Positions 8,464-17,019 of a stretch of DNA of 32,000 bases are shown here, one piece after another. Position 1 is the first letter of the stretch; each line of letters opens with the position of its first letter. Position numbers and translations under genes: made by a program. The notes beneath the pieces were generated by a model, which was not told where the DNA came from, searched no databases, and worked only from the letters and a program-made list of their open reading frames with translations. The DNA is from Nostoc punctiforme PCC 73102 (GTDB lineage Bacteria > Cyanobacteriota > Cyanobacteriia > Cyanobacteriales > Nostocaceae), in assembly GCF_000020025.1 (NCBI RefSeq), contig NC_010633.1:33941-65940 (forward strand), given 5' to 3'.

Positions 8464-8507
8464 CAGTTAGGTCGAGGGGGAGTATTATCTCCCCCTCGAC
8501 CTAACTG
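8464..8507. repeat. perfect 19-bp-stem palindromic hairpin
   Basis: CAGTTAGGTCGAGGGGGAG (8464-8482), loop TATTAT, then CTCCCCCTCGACCTAACTG (8489-8507). There are no mismatches and no following T-run on either strand. It lies in a ~750-bp gene-free gap. Confidence 0.85.
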
Positions 8508-8638
8508 ATACCCAGCTCCTGCTAACAATGATTATCATTATTATTATGTTAATAATTCATCTTTAAAAGTCCGTTGGGAGTACGGTGTCCTCCAACAATT
8601 CACAATCATACCTTGAGCATTCAATATTCAATATTTAG

Positions 8639-8757
8639 ATGCGTTCGCGCTGTTCTGCTTTTTGGGAGACGCTACGCGAACGCTGCGCTAACAGCAGTTA
8701 CGCTCGTTCGCTCTTAGTGTCTCCCCTTGGGAGAAGGCTCGCTAGCGTTGTGCTAAC
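8639..8757. repeat. cluster of GC-rich short dispersed repeats (Nostoc type)
   Basis: GCGTTCGCG (8641-8649) and CGCGAACGC (8675-8683) form an inverted pair. The motifs GGGAGACGCTACGCGAACGC and CCCCTTGGGAGAAGGCTCGCTAGCG are present. The 62-aa ORF here translates to the junk-like peptides typical of such repeats (ETLRERCAN, SPLGRRLASV). Family recognition is from memory. Confidence 0.4.
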
Positions 8758-8992
8758 ACCATTTCTGCTTCTGAAAACGCAACTGTTTTGTAAATTAACT
8801 AAGTGTTTTTGTATACAAATATTGTAACTGCCAATTACTACTTTTGTAGTATCAATTTATTGAAAACCTAAGACTATTGGAAGAATACAAGTAATTTTTT
8901 TTTAACTACAACTCTAAGCAATAGAAGAGTTAGAACAAATCAATTTGTCCCAACTTTGATAATTAAAAGACATACAGCAAGCACAAGAGGCA

Positions 8993-9508
8993 ATGGTCAT
9001 GAGTACGGTCATGAACCAACGGGTCAAAGTTGAAAAGACTTTAACCATTAACAAACCAGTAGATGAACTTTATCGCTTTTGGCGTAACTTTGATAACTTG
9101 CCACGCTTCATCAAGCATCTCAAAGAGGTGAGGGTATACGACGAGAAGCGATCGCACTGGATTAGCAAAGGATTCTTAAATGAAAGCGTTGAGTGGGATG
9201 TAGTCATTACCGAAGACCGAGAAAACGAATTGATTGCCTGGACTTCGGTTGAAGGCGCAGCAATTGAAACCTCTGGTCGCGTCCACTTCAAGCCAGCACC
9301 TGGGAATCGTGGCACTGAGGTAAAAACAGTCCAAGAATTTACCCCGCCTGGGGGTGCGATTGGGGCTGCGTTGACGAAGCCCCTCGCAGACATTGCTAAA
9401 TTATTTGGTGAAGACCCAGAACTGCAAATTAAAGAAGATTTACGCGGCTTCAAAATGCTGATGGAAGCAGGCGAGATTGCCACAACAGAAGGTCAACCGC
9501 GAGGTTAA
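8993..9508 (+). CDS. SRPBCC-superfamily (cyclase/dehydrase, START-like) protein
   Basis: 171 aa. The N-terminal pattern [27 protein letters not shown]...W is the usual opening of polyketide-cyclase/dehydrase-like SRPBCC proteins. Size fits the family. The stop lies 11 nt before the next gene. Confidence 0.7.
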   Translation: MVMSTVMNQRVKVEKTLTINKPVDELYRFWRNFDNLPRFIKHLKEVRVYDEKRSHWISKGFLNESVEWDVVITEDRENELIAWTSVEGAAIETSGRVHFKPAPGNRGTEVKTVQEFTPPGGAIGAALTKPLADIAKLFGEDPELQIKEDLRGFKMLMEAGEIATTEGQPRG

Positions 9509-9519
9509 TAAATATTGCT

Positions 9520-9921
9520 ATGAAAGCTGTTTGTTGGTACGGCACTAACGATGTGTGGGTGGAAACAGTGCCAGACCCAAAAATAATTAACCCCCGCGAT
9601 GCCATCCTCAAAGTTACATCAGCAACCATCTGCGGTTCTGACTTGCATATCTACGATGGCTACATCCCGACGATGGAACCGGGTGACATTATTGGTCACG
9701 AGTTTATGGGAGAAATCGTTGATATTGGCAATGAAGTCAAGAAATTGAAAAAAGGCGATCGCGTTGTTGTTTCTTCCATGATTGCCTGCGGTCACTGCTG
9801 GTATTGCCAACAGCAGATGTGGTCGTTGTGCGATAACTTACCCCTAACAGAAGCCAAGCATGGCTTCGAGCTGTTCAACCAAAGAAAAGACCACTGCATA
9901 AAAGTTAGGTTACAGCCTTGA
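9520..9921 (+). pseudogene. zinc-dependent alcohol dehydrogenase paralogue with an in-frame internal deletion (about 258 codons missing)
   Basis: Residues 1-106 are collinear with residues 3-108 of the full-length neighbour, including ICGSDLH, GHE and the CGxCWYC structural-zinc cluster, up to WSLCDN. The reading frame then jumps at 9837/9838 straight to [27 protein letters not shown]. That matches the last 27 residues of the neighbour ([27 protein letters not shown]). The Rossmann domain is absent. Confidence 0.75.
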
Positions 9922-9966
9922 GTTGGGGACTCACAAGAGCAGGGGAGCAGAGGAGACAAGGAAAAT

Positions 9967-10005
9967 AACCACTGACAACTGACAAGTAACTACCGACAAA
10001 GGACT
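9967..10005. repeat. degenerate heptamer (STRR-like) tract
   Basis: AACCACT GACAACT GACAAGT AACTACC GACAAAG GACTAAT shows period 7 with a recurring GACA core. It lies directly upstream of the 10007 start codon. Confidence 0.4.
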
Positions 10006-10006
10006 A

Positions 10007-11182
10007 ATGGCTATGAAAGCAGTTTGCTGGAACGGTGCCAACGATGTACGGGTAGAAACAGTACCCGATCCAAAAATCATTAATCCGCGTGATGCTGTTA
10101 TTAAAATCACGACAACAGCAATTTGCGGTTCTGATTTACACCTTTATAACGGCTACGTCCCTACAATGGAAAAAGGCGATATCCTGGGTCATGAAATGAT
10201 GGGGGAAGTCGTTGAAATAGGTAGTGCCGTCAAAAATTTAAATATAGGCGATCGCGTGGTTGTACCATTCCCTATCGCCTGTGGTAACTGCTGGTACTGT
10301 CAACATGACTTCTGGTCATTGTGCGATAACTCTAACCCAAACGCTTGGTTAGCAGAAAAATTCATGGGTTATTCACCCTCTGGTATTTTTGGCTACTCTC
10401 ATATGCTAGGTGGCTACGCTGGTGGTCAAGCTCAATATGCCCGCGTTCCCTTTGCCGATACTGGTTTGTTTAAGATTCCTGATGGACTAACAGACGAACA
10501 AGTAGTGTTTTTAACAGATATCTTCCCCACCGGATATATGGCGGCAGATAACTGTAATATTCAGCCCGGTGATATTGTCGCAGTCTGGGGGTGTGGCCCA
10601 GTCGCACAATTCACAATTAAGAGTGCTTATCTACTTGGTGCTGAACGAGTCATCGCTATCGATCGAATTCCCGAACGCCTACAGATGGCTAAAGATCAAG
10701 GCAAGGCAGAAATCCTTAACTATGAGGAAGTAGATGTTGGTGAAGCCCTCAAAGAAATGACAGGTGGACGCGGCCCAGATGCTTGCATTGATGCTGTGGG
10801 GTTGGAAGCACACGGCACGGGTCTAGAAGGAGTATACGACGAAGTAAAGCAAGCAGTGCGTCTGGAAACAGACCGGCCCCATGTGCTGCGGCAAGTGATG
10901 ATTGACTGTCGCAAAGGCGGTCACGTGTCAATTCCTGGTGTTTATGTCGGCGTTGTAGACAAAATACCTATGGGTGCTGCCATGAACAAAGCCTTAGTAT
11001 TCAAAATGGGACAAACGCACGTTCATAAGTACTTAAACACGTTACTCGATCACATCCAAAATGGCAGGATCGATCCATCTTTCGTGATCACCCATCGTCT
11101 ACCGTTAGATGAAGCACCCCGGGGTTACGAAATTTTCAGAGACAAGAAGGAAAACTGTATCAAAGTTGTACTCAAACCATAA
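10007..11182 (+). CDS. zinc-dependent alcohol dehydrogenase family protein (formaldehyde-dehydrogenase-like subgroup)
   Basis: 391 aa. Catalytic-zinc ligands are present (ICGSDLH, GHE). The structural zinc cluster is [15 protein letters not shown]. The Rossmann motif is [11 protein letters not shown]. Length and the C-terminal [15 protein letters not shown] are typical of the ~390-aa glutathione-independent formaldehyde dehydrogenase-like group. Confidence 0.9.
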   Translation: MAMKAVCWNGANDVRVETVPDPKIINPRDAVIKITTTAICGSDLHLYNGYVPTMEKGDILGHEMMGEVVEIGSAVKNLNIGDRVVVPFPIACGNCWYCQHDFWSLCDNSNPNAWLAEKFMGYSPSGIFGYSHMLGGYAGGQAQYARVPFADTGLFKIPDGLTDEQVVFLTDIFPTGYMAADNCNIQPGDIVAVWGCGPVAQFTIKSAYLLGAERVIAIDRIPERLQMAKDQGKAEILNYEEVDVGEALKEMTGGRGPDACIDAVGLEAHGTGLEGVYDEVKQAVRLETDRPHVLRQVMIDCRKGGHVSIPGVYVGVVDKIPMGAAMNKALVFKMGQTHVHKYLNTLLDHIQNGRIDPSFVITHRLPLDEAPRGYEIFRDKKENCIKVVLKP

Positions 11183-11194
11183 GGCAGGAGAAAA

Positions 11195-11250
11195 GACACG
11201 GAGAGTGGGAGACGCAAAGACGCAAAGAAAGAACTCTCCGTGTCCTTCTA
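11195..11250 (+). terminator. possible stem-loop terminator after the alcohol dehydrogenase gene
   Basis: An 11-bp stem, GACACGGAGAG (11195-11205) with CTCTCCGTGTC (11234-11244), is followed by CTTCT. The loop is long (28 nt) and contains the direct repeat GACGCAAAGACGCAAAGA, so this is not a canonical intrinsic terminator. Confidence 0.3.
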
Positions 11251-11344
11251 ATCGATGATATCTCTATCGGGTGATGGGCAATGCAGGAATATCCCCAGGC
11301 ACTCTCACTCTTGGTGCCTTAGTTCATACACTTGGGGTTGTTAT

Positions 11345-11396
11345 GGTATTGAGCCGAGATGCACAACTTTCACGTCGCGCATCTCGGCTCAATACC
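11345..11396. repeat. 52-bp head-to-head pair of MITE termini (solo hairpin)
   Basis: GGTATTGAGCCGAGATGC (11345-11362) and its exact complement GCATCTCGGCTCAATACC (11379-11396). The arms share the 16-17 outer bases of the termini of the adjacent MITE. Confidence 0.7.
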
Positions 11397-11430
11397 GTGT
11401 AGGTGTTTTACTTGAGCTTTCATTTCAAAT

Positions 11431-11848
11431 GGTATTGAGCCGAGATACAAGTAAAAAGCAGCAAGATGGTCTGGAAACTCTTGCTATATATAGGGTTCAG
11501 GCATTTTTAAGTAAAATTGGCTCTATAGCGTAAATCTTGGGTATGTATCGCTACAAGAACTAGAGTTTTTATTAATTTTATTTACAGGTTTTACGGGTTG
11601 AACGATGAATATCTTTCGCAGTAAAACCCCTGAAACTCTTACAGGCAATGAATTATAGCCCCAAGTATTAGCCTCCTACCACAGAGTATTTATAATTCTC
11701 TTTGGTAGGCGAAAAGCAAATATGGGGTCAGAAGTGCCAGTGCATTCATGCACAAATTCTCATTAGATATGAAAAATAATAGAACGTATATATAGCAACG
11801 CTTTCCAGACCATCTTGCAGGTTTTTACACGTATCTCGGCTCAATACC
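11431..11848. mobile_element. non-autonomous MITE-like element (~418 bp) with ~68-bp imperfect terminal inverted repeats
   Basis: Left end: GGTATTGAGCCGAGATACAAGTAAAAAGCAGCAAGATGGTCTGGAAACTCTTGCTATATATAGGGTTC. Reverse complement of the right end: GGTATTGAGCCGAGATACGTGTAAAAACCTGCAAGATGGTCTGGAAAGCGTTGCTATATATACGTTCT. There is no long ORF inside. It sits between two convergent gene ends. Confidence 0.65.
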
Positions 11849-11897
11849 TTAAGGACTTCAAGCCCTTGCTGTACCGTGTTAAATAGCTTCAAATTAA

Positions 11898-14800
11898 TTA
11901 AAAGTCTAGCAAATCCACAATTGTCTTGACCAATATCTCTGGTTCCACAGGTTTTGTAATGTGGCCTTGGAACCCTGACTGAAGCGCTTTTTGCCGATCA
12001 AAGTCCCTCGCATAAGCGGTCACGGCGATCGCTCGAATTGTTCCTCCTTGATGGGGTGGGCGGGAGCGAATTTGCCGTATCAGCATATAACCGTCCATCT
12101 CAGGCATACCGACATCGCTGACCAGGAGATCAGGAATGAATCGATCTAGCACTTGCAATGCCTCCAAGCCAGAAGCAACAGCAATTACCCTCGCTCCACT
12201 TTGCTCCAGCAAAAATGCTTGAAACTCGCGGGTATCCGTATCATCATCCACCAGTAGAATTTGCAGATTACTTAAAGGATTTTTCGTCTTTTCTGCTTTA
12301 GCCTGAACAAGTTCAGCTATAGTCGGGATTGTCTGCTGAATGACGGGCAGTTGTACCGTAAAGATCGCGCCTCGATCTTCACCTAAACTCTCTGCCTTGA
12401 CCGTTCCCCCATGCATTTCTACAATTTGTCGCACAATCGCCAGCCCTAACCCTAATCCACCGAATTTACGGGTTGTGGTGGAATCTGCTTGACGGAAATA
12501 CTCAAACACATACGGTAGGAACTGCGGATCGATTCCTTTTCCGGTGTCACTCACCCGAATCTGAGCCAATTGATCGAGTTGTTTCAGTTCAACGATGACT
12601 TGTCCACCTCGAGGAGTGAATTTGACGGCATTGGTAAGTAAGTTCCACACAACCTGCTGTAAGCGGTTCGCATCGCCCGAGACATAGGATACTGTCGTGC
12701 TAAGGTCAAGCAATATCTGAATGTTTTTGGCTTCTGCTGCCAAACGCACCGTTTCGATTGCCGCAGAAATCACAAAGGTCAAGCTAATGGGAGCCGCTGT
12801 TAAAGTCAGCTTGCCCTGCATGATGCGGGAAATATCGAGCAGGTCTTCGATCAGTTGCGATTGTAGTTTGGCGTTGCGCTCGATCGTTTTCAAAGCTTCA
12901 GTTTGCCGAGGTAGATCGAGTTTGCCGTTTTGTAGCAACCGTATCCAACCCAAAATCGGGTTCAAGGGCGATCGCAACTCGTGCGAGAGTACTGCCAAAA
13001 ACTCATCCTTGATCCGGTTGGCGCGGTCGGCTTCCGCTCGGGCGGCTTGTTCGCGGACAAGGAGTTGTTCCCGTTCCGCCTCAATGCGTTTTTGCTCAGT
13101 GATATTGAGTACAGTGCCAACAAAACGTTGTGGGTTCCCACCTGCATCAAAGTAAGCCTGTCCTCTTGCTGCAATCCACCGTTCCACCCCATCCTCAATC
13201 CCAATCGTCCGATATTCTACGTCATACTTGCCGCTGCTTGCTGGGTTCAAAGTCCATTGTACTGCCTGTTCTAGTCGTTGGCGATCGTTAGGGTGCAGCC
13301 CTGCAAAAAAGACCTCAATGCTGCTTTCGGCTTGTGGTAGTAACCCAAACATGGCTTTACAACCCTCATCCCAAATCAATTGATTGGCGATCAGATTCCA
13401 GTCCCAGGTGCCTAATTGGGCGGACTCGATCGCCATGCGAAAGCGGTTTTCACTGTCGCGCAAGGCTGCTTGGGTCTGCCGTTGCTCAATCAGGTCAGCA
13501 GCTTGACGAGCGAGTAAATCGAGAAACCGCAACTCGCGATCGCTGGGTTGGCGGTACTCTTGCCAATGCGTGGAAACCATGCCAATCGGTTTACCAGAAC
13601 GGGCGATCAGCGGGGTGGACTGCCCAAAGAAGTATCCAGCCTCCACATGTATTCGCAATGAACCATCAGGGTCTTCGCTCTCCGGCACATCAAAGTCAAT
13701 GAAGGTGCGATTGCCATTTTTGAGGGCGATGCCGCAAGACGTGTTAGAACTGGCATTCACGCGGTGAAAATACTCAGTCAGGTTTGGCTCAAATCCCTGC
13801 GTGGCAAGCAGCACCAAGTCTTGTGTTGCGGTATCGAGAATTTGCACAGTTCCGGCATCTGCCCCTGTAAGCACGATAGCGGTTGCCATAATCTCGTCAT
13901 AAAGTACCTGAATATCGGTTTCGTTAGTGAGTTGCACGCTTAGGCCATGCAACAGTTGTGTATCTCGAAGGTCGGCTGCAATGGCTGCTTCTGCCTGTTT
14001 ATGATCGGTAATATCGGCAAGCGCACCGGGAAACGCAATCGAGTTGCCTGCGGCATCATATTCAACCTGCCCGCGTGCAGTGAGCCAACGCTCCTCGCCA
14101 GTGGCAGTATGAACGCGGTATTCAGCCGTATACTCCTCTCCCGTCTCGATCGCCTGCTGGATGGCGGCTGAAACGCGAGGACGGTCTGACTCATGTATCG
14201 AGTTGATAAAGAACTCGATTGGCAACCCTGCCGTCGTTGCGTCTGCTGGGTCTACGTTAAACAGGTGAGCGAAGGCAGCATTGACAACAACGCGATCGGC
14301 CGGAATGTTCCAACGCCAGGTGTAGACTGATCCTGCCGCTAAAGCAGACTCCAACTGCACATGGGCTGATCGCAGCACCAGTTCTGCTTGCAGGCGTTCG
14401 GCTTCTGCTTGTTTAAAATCGGTAATATCTCGTGAAATTGCCACCAGTTGCACAACCTGTCCAGACGCATCTCGCACAGGTGTGATCCGGCTATCCCACC
14501 ACTTCGGTGTGCCCTTGGCAGTCACGAGATAACCTTGGAATTGTCCGATGTTGCCCAGGGTGGCAGCCGCTAAAGCAGCTTGGGCATTCTCGTAATCTTC
14601 GCCCTGCCAGCGATCAACCCAAATTGTATTCAAGATAGAAGTCGGATCATCGATTTCCAAGAGACACAGCCCACCGGGACTGATGTAGACGATTTCGCTG
14701 TTCAACGTTAAAACTTTGATGCAGTCTCTACTGCTGTCCAGAATGCGTTGCTTTAGCTCCTCAGATTCGCGTAGGGTAATTTCTGTTTGCTGACGCTCTA

Positions 14801-15791
14801 GTTCTATCGCAATGCGATCGGCGAAGACTGTTAGCAACGATTCTGCTAGATGCACATTCTCTAGTGGCTGACCATGCATTACCCCTAACAACCCTAACGG
14901 TGTGCCGTTCGAGTCAAAGAAGGGAGTCGCTACATAACTTTCGATCGCAAGCGGTTTAAGCAAGGGCGCATTCGGAAATTGAGCTTGCACATTGCGCGGG
15001 TAGCAGCAAACTTTTCGCTGCTCAAGCACTTCCCAGCATGGCGTATCTTGCAAGAGATATTCAAAGTTTTCGACGATTCGACCGTGAGCGCAGGTGGCGA
15101 TCGTTCTCAGCCGTTTGGGGTCATCACTCTCGACCAAGCCAATGTAGACATAATCGGTGTCTAAAACATTGGCAAAGTGCTGTACCAATGCATCAAAAAA
15201 AGCGCCACCCGTTACTGTCGCTACGCCTTGCGTGATTTCCAACAGCGCCGCATCGACTTGAGCAATTTTGTGAGATGCCAATCTCAGTTCCAGTTCATCG
15301 ACCACTATTGCTGCCAGATCCACCAGAGTGGCTTGCTGCTCTACGCTCAAAGGGTCGTGGGGCTGACTGTCGAGCAGACACAATGTTCCCAGATTGAAGC
15401 CATCCTGACTGAGCAGGGGCGCACCCGCATAAAACCGTACTCCCGGTTCACTCTGCACAAACGGATTGCAGGCAAAGCGATCGTCGAGTCGAGCATCAGG
15501 AATAATCAGCGGCTCGTCTGTTAACACCGCAAAGTTGCAAAGTGTATCATCACGCGGCACTTCGCGGGCATCAAAACCAACGCAGGACTTGAACCAGGCT
15601 CTTGACTCATCAACCAGAGAAATTAGCACGGTCGGCATATTAAACAGCCGTGCTGCCAACCTAGTAATGCGATCAAATGCTACTTCAGGAGGGGTATCAA
15701 GAACCCTGTAGCGATGCAGCGCGGACAACCTCTGTGTCTCGTTTGCAGTCATAGACTTAATTAATCGCTTTTGCGGCAATGCCTCAGACAT
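11898..15791 (-). CDS. hybrid sensor histidine kinase (GAF-GAF-PAS-PAS-GAF-PAS-HisKA-HATPase-receiver)
   Basis: 1297 aa. The H-box is FLAVLSHELRSPLNPILGW. N/G boxes are NLLTNAVKFTP, DTGKGI and GGLGLGLAI. The C-terminal receiver has LLVDDDTDTRE ... DVGMPEMDG ... ITKP. The N-terminal QRLSALHRYRVLDTPPEVAFDRITRLAARLFNMP opening is typical of a GAF domain. Several PAS-like blocks end in W...G.P....G...DITE/DHK. Confidence 0.9.
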   Translation of the reverse strand: MSEALPQKRLIKSMTANETQRLSALHRYRVLDTPPEVAFDRITRLAARLFNMPTVLISLVDESRAWFKSCVGFDAREVPRDDTLCNFAVLTDEPLIIPDARLDDRFACNPFVQSEPGVRFYAGAPLLSQDGFNLGTLCLLDSQPHDPLSVEQQATLVDLAAIVVDELELRLASHKIAQVDAALLEITQGVATVTGGAFFDALVQHFANVLDTDYVYIGLVESDDPKRLRTIATCAHGRIVENFEYLLQDTPCWEVLEQRKVCCYPRNVQAQFPNAPLLKPLAIESYVATPFFDSNGTPLGLLGVMHGQPLENVHLAESLLTVFADRIAIELERQQTEITLRESEELKQRILDSSRDCIKVLTLNSEIVYISPGGLCLLEIDDPTSILNTIWVDRWQGEDYENAQAALAAATLGNIGQFQGYLVTAKGTPKWWDSRITPVRDASGQVVQLVAISRDITDFKQAEAERLQAELVLRSAHVQLESALAAGSVYTWRWNIPADRVVVNAAFAHLFNVDPADATTAGLPIEFFINSIHESDRPRVSAAIQQAIETGEEYTAEYRVHTATGEERWLTARGQVEYDAAGNSIAFPGALADITDHKQAEAAIAADLRDTQLLHGLSVQLTNETDIQVLYDEIMATAIVLTGADAGTVQILDTATQDLVLLATQGFEPNLTEYFHRVNASSNTSCGIALKNGNRTFIDFDVPESEDPDGSLRIHVEAGYFFGQSTPLIARSGKPIGMVSTHWQEYRQPSDRELRFLDLLARQAADLIEQRQTQAALRDSENRFRMAIESAQLGTWDWNLIANQLIWDEGCKAMFGLLPQAESSIEVFFAGLHPNDRQRLEQAVQWTLNPASSGKYDVEYRTIGIEDGVERWIAARGQAYFDAGGNPQRFVGTVLNITEQKRIEAEREQLLVREQAARAEADRANRIKDEFLAVLSHELRSPLNPILGWIRLLQNGKLDLPRQTEALKTIERNAKLQSQLIEDLLDISRIMQGKLTLTAAPISLTFVISAAIETVRLAAEAKNIQILLDLSTTVSYVSGDANRLQQVVWNLLTNAVKFTPRGGQVIVELKQLDQLAQIRVSDTGKGIDPQFLPYVFEYFRQADSTTTRKFGGLGLGLAIVRQIVEMHGGTVKAESLGEDRGAIFTVQLPVIQQTIPTIAELVQAKAEKTKNPLSNLQILLVDDDTDTREFQAFLLEQSGARVIAVASGLEALQVLDRFIPDLLVSDVGMPEMDGYMLIRQIRSRPPHQGGTIRAIAVTAYARDFDRQKALQSGFQGHITKPVEPEILVKTIVDLLDF

Positions 15792-16007
15792 ATTTTAATG
15801 AAGGCGCTGTATCTGGCGTTTAGTAGTGGAGTTTCTTCTCCTACCCAAACTAATCACAAAGGTTTAGACACTCTCATGTTACCTTGCTCGTCGAGACTTC
15901 AACTCTGATGAGTAACCGAAAAACCTATAGCCGCTTTACGGAAGTGTAAATCTTTCCACAAGCTCACACGACAGCTTGTAAATAAATGTTTAACTCAGTG
16001 GAAAATT

Positions 16008-16139
16008 ATGAATAATATTAACCAAATCATTTTAGAACATCTGCGTTCTGGGGGAAAAACTTCTGGAGAATTGAAAGATTTGTCTAATTGTAGTTACAGC
16101 GTCCTCGACGAGGCTTTGCGCGAACTGATTAATGCTTAA
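16008..16139 (+). CDS. possible 43-aa small protein
   Basis: ATG-to-TAA ORF below the track cutoff: MNNINQIILEHLRSGGKTSGELKDLSNCSYSVLDEALRELINA. It has a winged-helix-like flavour. There is no other support. Confidence 0.2.
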   Translation: MNNINQIILEHLRSGGKTSGELKDLSNCSYSVLDEALRELINA

Positions 16140-16390
16140 GAGATTGAACTAGGATGGAGTAACGATGATTGCCCTGTGAGAATTTACCAACTCAAGCGCT
16201 AATATTGATGATTTTCTAAAGGGATTTCTCACAGCGAAGCTGCCAATAGAAAACCCTGGAAAGATGCTAACTCTATCGAGATTGCAATTTATCCGGGGTT
16301 GTAAAGTATCTATTTATGTCTCATCAAAACGTAAACTTATCAAGGATTTAAGTCGGCTAGGTGATTATTGTAGAATTTTCTAATTTGAAG

Positions 16391-16693
16391 TCAAGCACTG
16401 TCTTGCCATTCGTTCTTAGAAATAGTTAATTCTTTTGGCTGACACTGTAAAATCTGGAACCGAATTTCTTGATTACCCTCCTGTTCTAGATCCTCTATAT
16501 AGCCAGGTAGGAACCAGTAAGCCTCCTTTGGACTAATAAAAGGGCCAAAGTAGTAAGTACAGTTAGGATGATTAGTGATAATTTCTATCCACCAAGCAAA
16601 TTCAGACGGTTCCTGTTTTAAATTATGTGTCAATTTCATAGCAACCTTTGCAAGTTCAAGATATGAGATTTGACTGATAATGGTTTCAGACAT
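16391..16693 (-). CDS. small conserved cyanobacterial protein, DUF1816-like
   Basis: 100 aa. From memory, the core WWIEIITNHPNCTYYFGPFISPKEAYWFLPGYIEDLEQEGNQEI matches the DUF1816 pattern (WW.E..T..P.CTYYFGPF....EA....GYIEDL..EGA). Confidence 0.55.
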   Translation of the reverse strand: MSETIISQISYLELAKVAMKLTHNLKQEPSEFAWWIEIITNHPNCTYYFGPFISPKEAYWFLPGYIEDLEQEGNQEIRFQILQCQPKELTISKNEWQDSA

Positions 16694-17019
16694 TTCCAGG
16701 CAATCAAAAGCTTCGGCAAGGGCTAAATCCTAAGTTCTCAAGAAATTTAGAAAAATTAAGCTCCTCTTGTGAGTTTTACAGGTTTTGTGCTAATTTACTT
16801 ATCTTGTCAGATACTAGAGTAAATATACTTAGCTTCTCAAAACAAATAATTATTAAAGTTGTTCCACCAAACAGTAACTCAAGCAACTCTTAACTTCTGA
16901 GGCGGCGAAGCAGAGTGTCTGCCTCTGCCTGCAACAAATTGGTTGGCTCGACAAGTGGATTTATAGCAGTGGCAGACACCAACTATTTGAGCTTTCTAGG
17001 TTTTGAGTTGTGCCATCGC

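Noticed and set aside
8464-8507. Integron attC site, because the hairpin contains GTTAGGT and ACCTAAC, the words of the R'/R'' core-site consensus
   Set aside because: The order is inverted relative to a real attC (RYYYAAC first, GTTRRRY last). The stem is perfect, with no extrahelical bases. No IntI-type integrase is present; the local recombinase is a 200-aa FimB-size enzyme. The hairpin is kept only as an unexplained palindrome.
8639-8827. 62-aa plus-strand ORF
   Set aside because: It is encoded entirely by GC-rich dispersed-repeat sequence, and the peptide is typical repeat-derived junk (ETLRERCAN, SPLGRRLASV).
11255-11533. 92-aa plus-strand ORF
   Set aside because: It runs through the 52-bp hairpin and into the left terminus of the MITE. 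It is an artefact of repeat sequence.
12721-15711. Ten short ORFs (61-144 aa) on both strands within the histidine kinase gene: plus-strand 12721-13155, 12981-13274, 13334-13702, 13570-13767, 13947-14171, 14979-15164, 15038-15235, 15177-15524, 15466-15711; minus-strand 13940-14194. A related one at 12962-13204 on the minus strand also overlaps
   Set aside because: All are embedded in a 1297-aa ORF with clear domain homology along its full length. The higher-GC DNA produces long spurious frames.
15905-15921. Hammerhead ribozyme core (CTGATGAG ... CGAAA)
   Set aside because: Stem II would be a single G-C pair closing a 4-nt loop. I could not find convincing stems I and III or a cleavage triplet. 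This is a chance co-occurrence of short words.
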